Positions 18,411 to 26,537 of a stretch of DNA of 64,000 nt are shown here, piece after piece. Location of the stretch: UHGV virus genome UHGV-0375936, one strand, 5' to 3'. The notes under the pieces were generated by a model. The model was not told where the DNA came from and made no database searches. It was given only the letters and a program-made list of their open reading frames with translations. Position numbers and translations under genes: made by a program. Every line of letters begins with the position of its first letter. Position 1 is the first letter of the stretch. This DNA is from a virus.

Positions 18411-18872
18411 TTATTTGTTAGGACGGGTGTGTCCACAGTTCTGGAAGAAAGTTTCAGATAAACGATCGCCTTCTACGGTAAAGTTAGCGGCATCGTTACC
18501 ATTGATACTCACACTGAAAGTTTTGGCATTACCGATAGCATTAACGAAAGCAACCCAAGCGTGTTCTGCCTTGTCGCTACCGTCCACGGTAGGGATGTTA
18601 TAGGTTTTGCCGTTTACGACAATATCCATCATGTTATCTTCAGCGTTAGTTGCACCTACGGGTTCCCCGTAATACCAAACCATGCGACCGTAAAATTTGC
18701 GATTCACAGTTTCTGTGTCACAGTTGATAGACAGTCCGTTTCCGGCGGTGTCTTCGATTTCGTAAACTGCCTGGCCAGGGTTTTGTATTTGTTCCCAACT
18801 ATTGATTGCAGCGTATGCGCTATTGAGGCCGAAAGTTAAAATGGTTATTAAGAATGTGATAAAGGTTTTCAT
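18411..18872 (-). CDS. small secreted protein
   Basis: N-terminal signal-like MKTFITFLITILTFGLNSAYA. Confidence 0.55.
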   Translation of the reverse strand: MKTFITFLITILTFGLNSAYAAINSWEQIQNPGQAVYEIEDTAGNGLSINCDTETVNRKFYGRMVWYYGEPVGATNAEDNMMDIVVNGKTYNIPTVDGSDKAEHAWVAFVNAIGNAKTFSVSINGNDAANFTVEGDRLSETFFQNCGHTRPNK

Positions 18873-18918
18873 TGAAATGCTCCTTCGAGTTATGGGGAAG
18901 CTCCCACAAATTATGAAA

Positions 18919-19290
18919 TTAAATAACTGTGTTGGGTAATGCTTTAATCTGTGTATAACTATCTCCGATACCTCTTATCATTTCCAGACGCTCTTCTGTA
19001 GAAAGGCTTTGGTTAATGTCTTTGTCAAGATTGAACAGTGTCAAGAGTTTTGCAATTGCAACCGTCAAGTTGTCGGACAGCTCGTTGTTTTTACGCCATT
19101 CTTCGTTACGGAAAATAGAGATAAGGTCTTTCGCCTGGCCTTCAGCGTGCGGTTTGGCTAACTGCGCGTCACGCTGTTCGATAAGGTATGCTTCGTTAGT
19201 AAGTAAACGTTTCAGGTTTTCTGGGTTAGTGGCAGCGCGAGTAACGATCATTAATACAACAAACGGGTCTTTAAATAATTCGTTTTTCAT
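18919..19290 (-). CDS. hypothetical protein
   Basis: 123-aa ORF directly downstream of a conserved promoter-like element. Confidence 0.55.
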   Translation of the reverse strand: MKNELFKDPFVVLMIVTRAATNPENLKRLLTNEAYLIEQRDAQLAKPHAEGQAKDLISIFRNEEWRKNNELSDNLTVAIAKLLTLFNLDKDINQSLSTEERLEMIRGIGDSYTQIKALPNTVI

Positions 19291-19295
19291 CTTTA

Positions 19296-19373
19296 GTTCT
19301 CCTAAAATGGTTTTCGTTAAGTGAGAGCTTTTGTACTCTCACCTAAGTAATATATATCTGAAATTATTTTTAA
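19296..19373 (-). promoter_or_regulatory. conserved AT-rich box plus 5' hairpin element (copy 1)
   Basis: Near-identical to 55955..56027; minus strand reads TTTCAGATATATATTACTTAGG then hairpin GTGAGAG-TACAAAAGC-CTCTCAC then RBS and ATG. Confidence 0.45.
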
Positions 19374-19383
19374 TATTAACGAA

Positions 19384-19416
19384 CAAAAAAATAAAAGGTG
19401 GGGGTAAACCCCCCAC
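19384..19416 (-). terminator. Rho-independent terminator
   Basis: GGTGGGGG-TAAA-CCCCCACC hairpin with A-run on plus strand. Confidence 0.55.
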
Positions 19417-19421
19417 CGATG

Positions 19422-20000
19422 TTATACATCGAACCGATACTGCCGGGAGTTAATGAGGAATTCGGTATTCAGCTCAATCCATTCGAGTAAATCACCCAAC
19501 GGTAATCGGTTTGGGTTTTCTAACTCAATAGACGCTACCGGATAAGAGTTTACTAATTCCGTAATTGTATCAATACCCTCTTGCGTTCCATCGTCTTCTA
19601 AGGTGATTGTAAACGGCATATCGGTACGATCCGCATTAGGATTGTACAAACTGACTTTTGTTGCTTGGACAAACGCAGACAGGTCGTCACGTATAATGCG
19701 TGTATCAGGCGATAGAACTACCCAGAGATGCTGCCCTGGCTGGAGTTTACGTTTTGCGTAGTTTAAGAAAGGACTTGCCATCAAGTTTTCCAAACCACAA
19801 CAGATGCTACGTAACTGTATTCCGCGCGGATCTCGGTAATCCACATCGAAAATTCCCACAGGTTCATTCGCTGCCTGTTTTATCAGAAAGGCCAATACCG
19901 TGTCCGCTCTTTCTGGTAAGGAAAGCTCTATTCCCTCAAGCTCCCCATCGACGAGATTTTCTAACCAAACGTCTTTTCGCATTTCTATTAATCGGTACAC
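19422..20000 (-). CDS. hypothetical protein
   Basis: 192-aa ORF. Confidence 0.55.
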   Translation of the reverse strand: MYRLIEMRKDVWLENLVDGELEGIELSLPERADTVLAFLIKQAANEPVGIFDVDYRDPRGIQLRSICCGLENLMASPFLNYAKRKLQPGQHLWVVLSPDTRIIRDDLSAFVQATKVSLYNPNADRTDMPFTITLEDDGTQEGIDTITELVNSYPVASIELENPNRLPLGDLLEWIELNTEFLINSRQYRFDV

Positions 20001-20012
20001 GGTTCCACCTCA

Positions 20013-20786
20013 CTAATAATTAAGTTTTACATCGGCAATAAACAGCAATTGTTTACCATGTTGCTGCACTTCTTTCCAACCTAGTTTCATAGCAGCGTCA
20101 ACAACATCTAACATGCTGTAACGGGACATCAAAGATTCTGATTTTGTTCCTGACATTAAGTAAAGTGGCTCATTAGGGCTACGGTCACGTGCGTCAGGAA
20201 GTTCCCGAGAGACTGCTGATCCTTCGGGTACGGTAACAACATGAATCACGGTAAATGGTCTCTTGTGCGTCAGATAGATACGAAACCCAACGTGTTCAGA
20301 TTCATGAAAGACTTTCTTCACAACCACATCTTTTAGTGTCGTCTGAACATCAGCCCCAGGTAATATCGTGGTTTCACGTGAAACGAAACAACGGCTATTT
20401 TCAATCGTGGAGAAATAATTACGTATCGGCAAACTAGCGTTATGATCGCGCAGTTTTTTGCTCAGTAGATCGAAGTTCAGTTCTTTAACTTTCTCTAGCC
20501 ATTCTTTGGCTTGTTGAATGTAATAACTACCGACAGTGCGATAAGTTAATACCTTACCTGTGCTTACTTTCCAAAGTTTAACGCTTAGTGAATTTGGCTT
20601 ATAGCGACGATACTCACCCCGCGTATAGTTGATGCGCTCGTAACGCTCTACATCGTCAACGGGTGCAGATTCGATCGATTGTAATTGCAGCGTACGATCT
20701 AATCTATCGGCGAATAGTAGTGATGTTAGCGGACCTTCGATCAAATACGGTTCGGTTTTAAAGATATCATCTAGATGGATTTTCAT
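20013..20786 (-). CDS. hypothetical protein, tandem paralog family member
   Basis: C-terminus LGWKEVQQHGKQLLFIADV shared with three neighbours; N-terminal LDDIF. Confidence 0.6.
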   Translation of the reverse strand: MKIHLDDIFKTEPYLIEGPLTSLLFADRLDRTLQLQSIESAPVDDVERYERINYTRGEYRRYKPNSLSVKLWKVSTGKVLTYRTVGSYYIQQAKEWLEKVKELNFDLLSKKLRDHNASLPIRNYFSTIENSRCFVSRETTILPGADVQTTLKDVVVKKVFHESEHVGFRIYLTHKRPFTVIHVVTVPEGSAVSRELPDARDRSPNEPLYLMSGTKSESLMSRYSMLDVVDAAMKLGWKEVQQHGKQLLFIADVKLNY

Positions 20787-20853
20787 TTCTATTTCCTTCT
20801 TAACAAAAGCCGCGACTAAAGCGCGGCAGTTAGAGAAAGTCTATTTTTACTTA

Positions 20854-22005
20854 TTAGAGGTCAGCAACAAACAACAGCTGGCAGCCGTACTTTTGTACGT
20901 CCGCCCAACCGTAGTCTTTTCCGATTATAGGTAGATGTAAAATATCCAGCTTCTCGTCTTTCGCTTTTAGTTTCGCCATTAACGCATTGGACTCCTCAGC
21001 ACTGAGGAGTAATGCTGGCTCTTTTTCAGTACGTCCTTCTGCGGTTGGGAAGAAATTGTAATAGCTGCGAGTAGGTAAATCGACAGAAAAACTACGATTG
21101 CCTATTCTGGCGATGAACGCAACTCCTTCACAGTTAGCATCTACACTACACGACCATCCCGCCTCCGTTAAAAGGTCTTTTAACAGACACCACACTTTAA
21201 GTTGGTTCTTAGAAACTGTACGGTAAATAGCAAGATGTTCAGGAAGTAAATGTACGCCCATAACCACGTTTTCAGATTTCTCGTCAAGCAACTCTGGATG
21301 CTGTATCGGGAACAATAATTCACTGATACCCACGTTATCAATTTTGTTAACAAAATCAGTTAATTCATCTTTTAAGGTAGACACTTGATTTTCTCCTTTG
21401 TCTTCAATAATCAGGTGGGGTTCGCCGCTAATTAAAATGTGGTAAACGAGATCGTCAGTAGAACGGTAAGTGAGCTTGATTGCTTTATCACTTAATATTT
21501 CGTAGCGGAAGAAACTTTCGTACCAACTTGAGCCGAAATCGTTTTGTGTAAGCTCCTGCTCAACTTTGATGGTTTTTGCTTCAAAGCCGATTAACTCGCT
21601 TAATAACGCGAGTTCTTGTTTAGTTAAAATAGCTACACCGTGAAAGGGCACTTGTTCAAGCTGAAAACATAACTTAGTGACTTCACCATTTGGGAAGACC
21701 TTAAACATAATCTTCCGGTTGCTACTCTTTTCCCTAACAACGAGTTTACGGTAATTTAGTCCACAATTTGTGTAAGCCGCGAACTGGTAACCTTCAATTT
21801 CTTCATCGGAAGTACAGACATCGACAGGCGCGATAATCTCATCGTATTCACTAAGTACACAGCAGCCCAATTTATAACCAAACAACGTATGTTGTAAAAA
21901 ATAGTCGAGGGTTAAGCTTGGTAGTGGCCAAGCCCGATTATAGCATCTGTCCATCAGTTCTTTTAGGTACTTGGCATGTCTTGGTTTAGAAATAATATTT
22001 CGCAT
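20854..22005 (-). CDS. hypothetical protein, tandem paralog family member
   Basis: C-terminus FFPT...GWADVQKYGCQLLFVADL. Confidence 0.6.
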   Translation of the reverse strand: MRNIISKPRHAKYLKELMDRCYNRAWPLPSLTLDYFLQHTLFGYKLGCCVLSEYDEIIAPVDVCTSDEEIEGYQFAAYTNCGLNYRKLVVREKSSNRKIMFKVFPNGEVTKLCFQLEQVPFHGVAILTKQELALLSELIGFEAKTIKVEQELTQNDFGSSWYESFFRYEILSDKAIKLTYRSTDDLVYHILISGEPHLIIEDKGENQVSTLKDELTDFVNKIDNVGISELLFPIQHPELLDEKSENVVMGVHLLPEHLAIYRTVSKNQLKVWCLLKDLLTEAGWSCSVDANCEGVAFIARIGNRSFSVDLPTRSYYNFFPTAEGRTEKEPALLLSAEESNALMAKLKAKDEKLDILHLPIIGKDYGWADVQKYGCQLLFVADL

Positions 22006-22036
22006 TTTTACTCTCCTTTAGGGGTTTTTTCGTTAC

Positions 22037-22591
22037 TTAAGCAGGGCAAGCTAAGAACAACAACTGCTGACCGATTTTACGTACGGTATACCAACCGTGG
22101 GCTTTAGCGACCGCGATCAACGTTTCCCAGTCATCAACATCACATTGCTCGTTCCGAAGTTTTGTAAAGAGTGCTTCGGCTTCGTCTTGGTTTAATAACT
22201 TACCTGGATTATCAGGGGTGGTGCCAGAAGGGGTTGGAAAGAAATCGTATTGACGCGCTAAGAGAAAATCAACCAGATACTTGGTGTTCTCTTTATAAAC
22301 CAGTGTGGAAGTCTTCCCTTCGTGGAAGAAGCTGCCTGTTTTCCAAACGCTATCTTTCAGTAAGCTCTGAAGGTAATCTGTAAAGCCCGTTCTAAATGGG
22401 ATATGCGTTTTACGCGTGATGTTGCGACGCAGCGGGGTTTCCTCCACAGCTTGTACACTCACCCCTACTATCATCGCACCTGGCTGAATAATGGTATTGG
22501 TCAGTACGGTATAGGGACAGTTAAAGAAATGTTCACCTACACCTTTTTCAAGGGATTGGATAATTTCATTTTTCAGTTTAGTCAGATACAT
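22037..22591 (-). CDS. hypothetical protein, tandem paralog family member
   Basis: C-terminus FFPT...GWYTVRKIGQQLLFLA. Confidence 0.6.
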   Translation of the reverse strand: MYLTKLKNEIIQSLEKGVGEHFFNCPYTVLTNTIIQPGAMIVGVSVQAVEETPLRRNITRKTHIPFRTGFTDYLQSLLKDSVWKTGSFFHEGKTSTLVYKENTKYLVDFLLARQYDFFPTPSGTTPDNPGKLLNQDEAEALFTKLRNEQCDVDDWETLIAVAKAHGWYTVRKIGQQLLFLACPA

Positions 22592-22617
22592 GATATATTC
22601 TCCTTTTAGGTTTTTAC

Positions 22618-23352
22618 TTACGCGGTTTTAATTAGCAGCAGATAGCCCTTCGTAATCTCAGCACAACTCCACCCTTTTACGGCAGCGACACCACGAAGGT
22701 AATTTTCTGTGTGATACTGTAAAAACGGATCGTCTGGATTAATCTCAACTAGGTGAGTGGCTTTAGAAATCGTTTCCGCCTCTGGGATTTGTTTTGTTAA
22801 GCCTGATGCAATCAGTTCAATAACGCGGTATCCCTCTAACCAAGAAACATAGATACGTAAACCGTATAACTTACCGTTATCTTTTAAGGGATAAAGACTG
22901 ATGTCCCGGCCGAGCAACGTTAATTCTACATCAGTGGGAAGGTTTTCTACATGCTTGATTAACCCTACCCCATGTCTAAACAGTGGGAAGTAAGAGTATA
23001 GCGTCAGCATACTGCTTCCTCCAATAAACGTAACATCGGAAACGGTAGGCGTGCTGGCAATGAGGCGAACATGTTCCGCTACGACTTCAAGTTCGGCGTC
23101 ACTGATCAATTTATAGAATAAAATGACGCTGGTTTCGGTATTAAGAACAAAGAAGAACCGGTTGGCGTGACTGCTTATCGTGTATTCGTCAACCATGCTG
23201 TCGATAACGTCACTGTCTGGATAATCTTCGGGTTTAATTGTTTCAGCAGAGACTAACTTAGCAGGTTGGGATTGCCCTATTAGTTCATTAACCACCGTAG
23301 AAGAAAGTTCTAAACTGGTGTTAGTAAAGATATCGTCTAATAATTCTCTCAT
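22618..23352 (-). CDS. hypothetical protein, tandem paralog family member
   Basis: N-terminal LLDDIF and C-terminal KGWSCAEITKGYLLLI related to the three neighbours. Confidence 0.55.
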   Translation of the reverse strand: MRELLDDIFTNTSLELSSTVVNELIGQSQPAKLVSAETIKPEDYPDSDVIDSMVDEYTISSHANRFFFVLNTETSVILFYKLISDAELEVVAEHVRLIASTPTVSDVTFIGGSSMLTLYSYFPLFRHGVGLIKHVENLPTDVELTLLGRDISLYPLKDNGKLYGLRIYVSWLEGYRVIELIASGLTKQIPEAETISKATHLVEINPDDPFLQYHTENYLRGVAAVKGWSCAEITKGYLLLIKTA

Positions 23353-23558
23353 GATTTACTCGCTAATCTCAATAAAGGGGAGTCTATTATTATGGATTGT
23401 AAAAGAGGTATAAGGAAGTCACTACGTTCCTCTGGGAAGAGTATGTCGGTATACTACGTATACCTCCGCTATTTATATCCGTATACATAATGCCCCCTAC
23501 CCCCTACCGGTATCCCGAGTAGCAGAATAAAGGGACATAATGTAATTTTTAGTACCTG

Positions 23559-23639
23559 TTATCGGAAGGTACTAAATGGAGTGTAGTCTTTAAGCCGTTT
23601 GAGCAGCTCATTGAGACTTTCTTTCTTTTTAGTAGACAT
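23559..23639 (-). CDS. candidate 26-aa basic peptide
   Basis: ATG preceded by GGAGAG RBS and by the conserved AT-rich box/hairpin; MSTKKKESLNELLKRLKDYTPFSTFR; below track cutoff. Confidence 0.3.
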   Translation of the reverse strand: MSTKKKESLNELLKRLKDYTPFSTFR

Positions 23640-23691
23640 GATCTGTCTCTCCAAATGGTTTAATCAATCCGTTTCGAATGAAACGTGCTCG

Positions 23692-23747
23692 TAGGGACTG
23701 AACTGGTACTTCAGTCCCTATTCACTTAAGTAAAATATATCTGAAAT
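23692..23747 (-). promoter_or_regulatory. conserved AT-rich box plus hairpin element (variant copy)
   Basis: Minus strand ATTTCAGATATATTTTACTTAAG followed by 10-bp stem hairpin AGGGACTGAA/TTCAGTCCCT. Confidence 0.4.
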
Positions 23748-23772
23748 CAATTCCGATCTAAGGAACGTCCCG

Positions 23773-24738
23773 ATGGAGAAATCCAGTGTTGATTTTTTCT
23801 CAATTGGTATCGTCGCGGAAGACAAACCCCGTGGTACAGATCGGGTAAAAGTGATACCAATTGAAACCAACTTTGCTAACCCTACCGTGGTGCAATCTGT
23901 TTCTTCAGCAACTGAAAAGACGCATGAAACGTCCGGTGCAACAGATAACCTAACCATTAAGACGGGTAACACGATAACCGCAAAGTGGTGGAAGTTTAAC
24001 TCCAACCGAATTAATTCCCCTGACGTTAAACGAGAAGACTACGTTATCTTGTTGCGTTTGGGGAAAACCGATATTTATTTTTGGATTGATCTGAACTTCG
24101 CTAACGTTAAGCGATTAGAAGATGCGGTTTATGCGTGGTCGGCTGACCCTGAAAACCAAATGGCGGATGACTTGTCCAATGCGTATGTGTTGAACGTTTC
24201 GACGATTGACAAACATATCACGCTAAGAACGAGTATGGTGAATGGCGAGAAAGCGGCGTGGTTGTTTCAGTTTGATAATGCAAACGGTACGTGGCAGTGC
24301 GTTGACCATAAAGGAAACAAGTATTACATTAACTCGGTTGAAGATGATCTCGGGTTTGAGAATGCGATGCTTTCAAAAGTGAACATCAACAAAGAAGATG
24401 CGTTCATTTATTCAAAGCGTTCTATTAACCTGGAAACGAAAACGATTAATGAAAAATGTGAAGTCCGCAATACGGAAGCAGCGAATTCCGTTACGTTTAA
24501 AACACAAACCTGGTTAACAGAAGCGGGCAGTTCGACAACGTTTAAAACGCCGAACTTTAAACAAGAAGGGAAGGAAGCGATGTTCACCGGTAATTTGGAA
24601 ATCGCTAAGAACTTCAAATACGGTGGTACGGGTGAAGGCGTGGGTGTCTTTACGGTTAAAGATGCCATTATTTCCGGTATTACCTTTAGCGTTCACATTC
24701 ACCAAGGTAAACATGGCCCGACATCACCTCCACAGTAA
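23773..24738 (+). CDS. hypothetical protein (possibly virion-associated)
   Basis: 321-aa ORF, first gene of the plus-strand structural block. Confidence 0.55.
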   Translation: MEKSSVDFFSIGIVAEDKPRGTDRVKVIPIETNFANPTVVQSVSSATEKTHETSGATDNLTIKTGNTITAKWWKFNSNRINSPDVKREDYVILLRLGKTDIYFWIDLNFANVKRLEDAVYAWSADPENQMADDLSNAYVLNVSTIDKHITLRTSMVNGEKAAWLFQFDNANGTWQCVDHKGNKYYINSVEDDLGFENAMLSKVNINKEDAFIYSKRSINLETKTINEKCEVRNTEAANSVTFKTQTWLTEAGSSTTFKTPNFKQEGKEAMFTGNLEIAKNFKYGGTGEGVGVFTVKDAIISGITFSVHIHQGKHGPTSPPQ

Positions 24739-24945
24739 TTCCCCTTTTTCTTACGTTGTTTTTATATATTGTGACCTGACGTTGGTAAAACTTTTTATCA
24801 ACACTTTTCTTAAACCCATCGTTTAGTTAAGCAGGCCACTTTTTTTCGCGCACTCTACTCCTCCCTACGGGGAGGAGCTATCTTATGCTTCGGTTGTAAC
24901 ACACGTCGGTCTTAGACCACTAACCTTTTGAAATGGAGAGCTGTT

Positions 24946-25155
24946 ATGTCTATTAAAGAGTTCTCTTCTGCTGAGCATATTCCAGAAGAGTTTAAGAAAA
25001 TCGGTAACGTTAGCGCTTTCGGCGATACCGTTGATCATGTAACTGGTAAACTGGCTGCTGAAGCTGAAAAAATTGGCGGCGACGCATTCAAAGTTATCGG
25101 TATTTCCGGCAACAACAAACTGCACGGTAACGCGATTGTCTACAAAAAAGACTAA
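24946..25155 (+). CDS. small DUF1471-like (YdgH/BhsA/McbA-type) domain protein
   Basis: GGAGAG RBS then ATG; KIGNVSAFGDTVDHVTGKLAAEAEKIGGDAFKVIGISG...NAIVYK matches that small-domain pattern; no signal peptide. Confidence 0.45.
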   Translation: MSIKEFSSAEHIPEEFKKIGNVSAFGDTVDHVTGKLAAEAEKIGGDAFKVIGISGNNKLHGNAIVYKKD

Positions 25156-25156
25156 G

Positions 25157-25216
25157 CGAAAAAAAAAACGTGCTACTCCTACCCTCTAAGAGGGTAGGAG
25201 GTTACTTTATTTTTTT
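25157..25216. terminator. bidirectional Rho-independent terminator
   Basis: Hairpin TCCTACCCT-CTAAG-AGGGTAGGA flanked by A-run and T-run between convergent genes. Confidence 0.6.
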
Positions 25217-26469
25217 CGTGCTCTAAAGCGATGCATTTCTAAATACACTTTTTCCCAGGGACCGAATGGACCGACGATTGCTTGCGCGTCGTTAATCTTC
25301 TTCTGATTATACCACCGGGCTTCACGAAAGACGTAGTTTTGACTGTCGAACTCTGTGGTGTTAAATACCCACTCACCCTCCTCCCATGTAGGCCAATAGC
25401 CCACCGTCTTTCCGAAGCGGTTGTTTAAGTACCCTAACGGTTTTTCAGAATCAGGATCGTTAGGGTCCTTGAGATAACAACGTCCCCAAACTGCGTTATG
25501 CGATACACCCACAACCTCTTCTTCTAAATACGGATTATCTACCGTAAAGATAAACGAAGACTCGTGGAGTAAAAGCGCCTTTAATGTTTCGGGGTTGCGA
25601 ATACGTTGGACATTAGTAGGTGTTGATAAATCCCCCACACCGATGGCGTCCCAGTCGTAATAGCGACGGGTTTCCAGAACGGTCCGCGCAAGATCAAAAT
25701 TCGGTAAAGAAATCATGATCGCACGGTCGGAGAAATAACCGCCCGGAGGCAACCAACGTAACAGTCCACCGATGACGAAACCCACCGTTTTTCCCGTAAT
25801 AGATTCGGGTAGCGAAATCATTAACGTGGAGTAATAGTCACGTGTGGTGTCGAGCTTGTTTAGGGTAAGGTTGGCAATGGGGTAAGTTTTAACATTCCCT
25901 AACTGACCAAAAACCATACAGCCGATATCTGGCGTACAGGCCCTTCGTACAATTTTACCGGCCCCGGGTAATCGGACACCTACGGTATCTGTCTGATGCG
26001 CTACCCATTGACCGTTAATGTTGTACAGTACACTATTACGGTATTTGTCCTTCCACTTGTCCTCACAAACGATGACAACGTCATCAGCATCATCTAAGCT
26101 GAAATCTTGACTGTGGTGGTACCCCGGCGGACACAGGTACGTTTCAACGGGCACGTCAGCATTAATCGATTGGTAATGTGCCCAACTGAATTCGAGTTTC
26201 GGCAATCCGGCCTTTAGAGTGGGGATGACGTTTCCGGCTTTTTCATTTAACCAATCTTGTAAAGTGTCTGTTCGGTTTTGTAGTTCGGCAAGATGGTATT
26301 GGCTGACTAACGTATAGTCTTTACCAAGTGCACTTAAACCGATCTCAAAGGTGTGGTAGTCTGAACACAACGTATTTAAGGGTTGCGTGACATCGATGGC
26401 TCCCCAGGTACGGGACTCTCGAGAGAAGCCAAAAGCGCTGTCGGGCCGCACTTGATAAGCAGTAGTCAC
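25207..26469 (-). CDS. hypothetical protein
   Basis: 420-aa ORF, lone minus-strand gene diverging from the fibre genes. Confidence 0.55.
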   Translation of the reverse strand: MTTAYQVRPDSAFGFSRESRTWGAIDVTQPLNTLCSDYHTFEIGLSALGKDYTLVSQYHLAELQNRTDTLQDWLNEKAGNVIPTLKAGLPKLEFSWAHYQSINADVPVETYLCPPGYHHSQDFSLDDADDVVIVCEDKWKDKYRNSVLYNINGQWVAHQTDTVGVRLPGAGKIVRRACTPDIGCMVFGQLGNVKTYPIANLTLNKLDTTRDYYSTLMISLPESITGKTVGFVIGGLLRWLPPGGYFSDRAIMISLPNFDLARTVLETRRYYDWDAIGVGDLSTPTNVQRIRNPETLKALLLHESSFIFTVDNPYLEEEVVGVSHNAVWGRCYLKDPNDPDSEKPLGYLNNRFGKTVGYWPTWEEGEWVFNTTEFDSQNYVFREARWYNQKKINDAQAIVGPFGPWEKVYLEMHRFRARKK

Positions 26470-26537
26470 AGCTCTTTTCCTCTATAGATTCAAGTCATAG
26501 TATGAACTTCGACGCCCACGGACTATAGGAGTAGAGA

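Noticed and set aside
19296-19373. Resemblance of the conserved box-plus-hairpin (…TTAC(C/T)TAGGTGAGAG…) to SP6/T7-type single-subunit RNAP promoters
   Set aside because: Only partial similarity (TAGGTGA), and no single-subunit RNA polymerase gene in this window; left as an unclassified promoter-like element
23353-23560. Possible tRNA or small RNA in the divergent intergenic region
   Set aside because: Could not trace a cloverleaf with a conserved T-loop (GTTCNANNC-like) or acceptor stem by eye; only simple hairpins present
24855-24880. Hairpin CTCCTCCC-TACG-GGGAGGAG as terminator of 23773..24738
   Set aside because: Lies about 120 nt past the stop and lacks a clear downstream T-run; may instead be part of the 5' leader of the next gene
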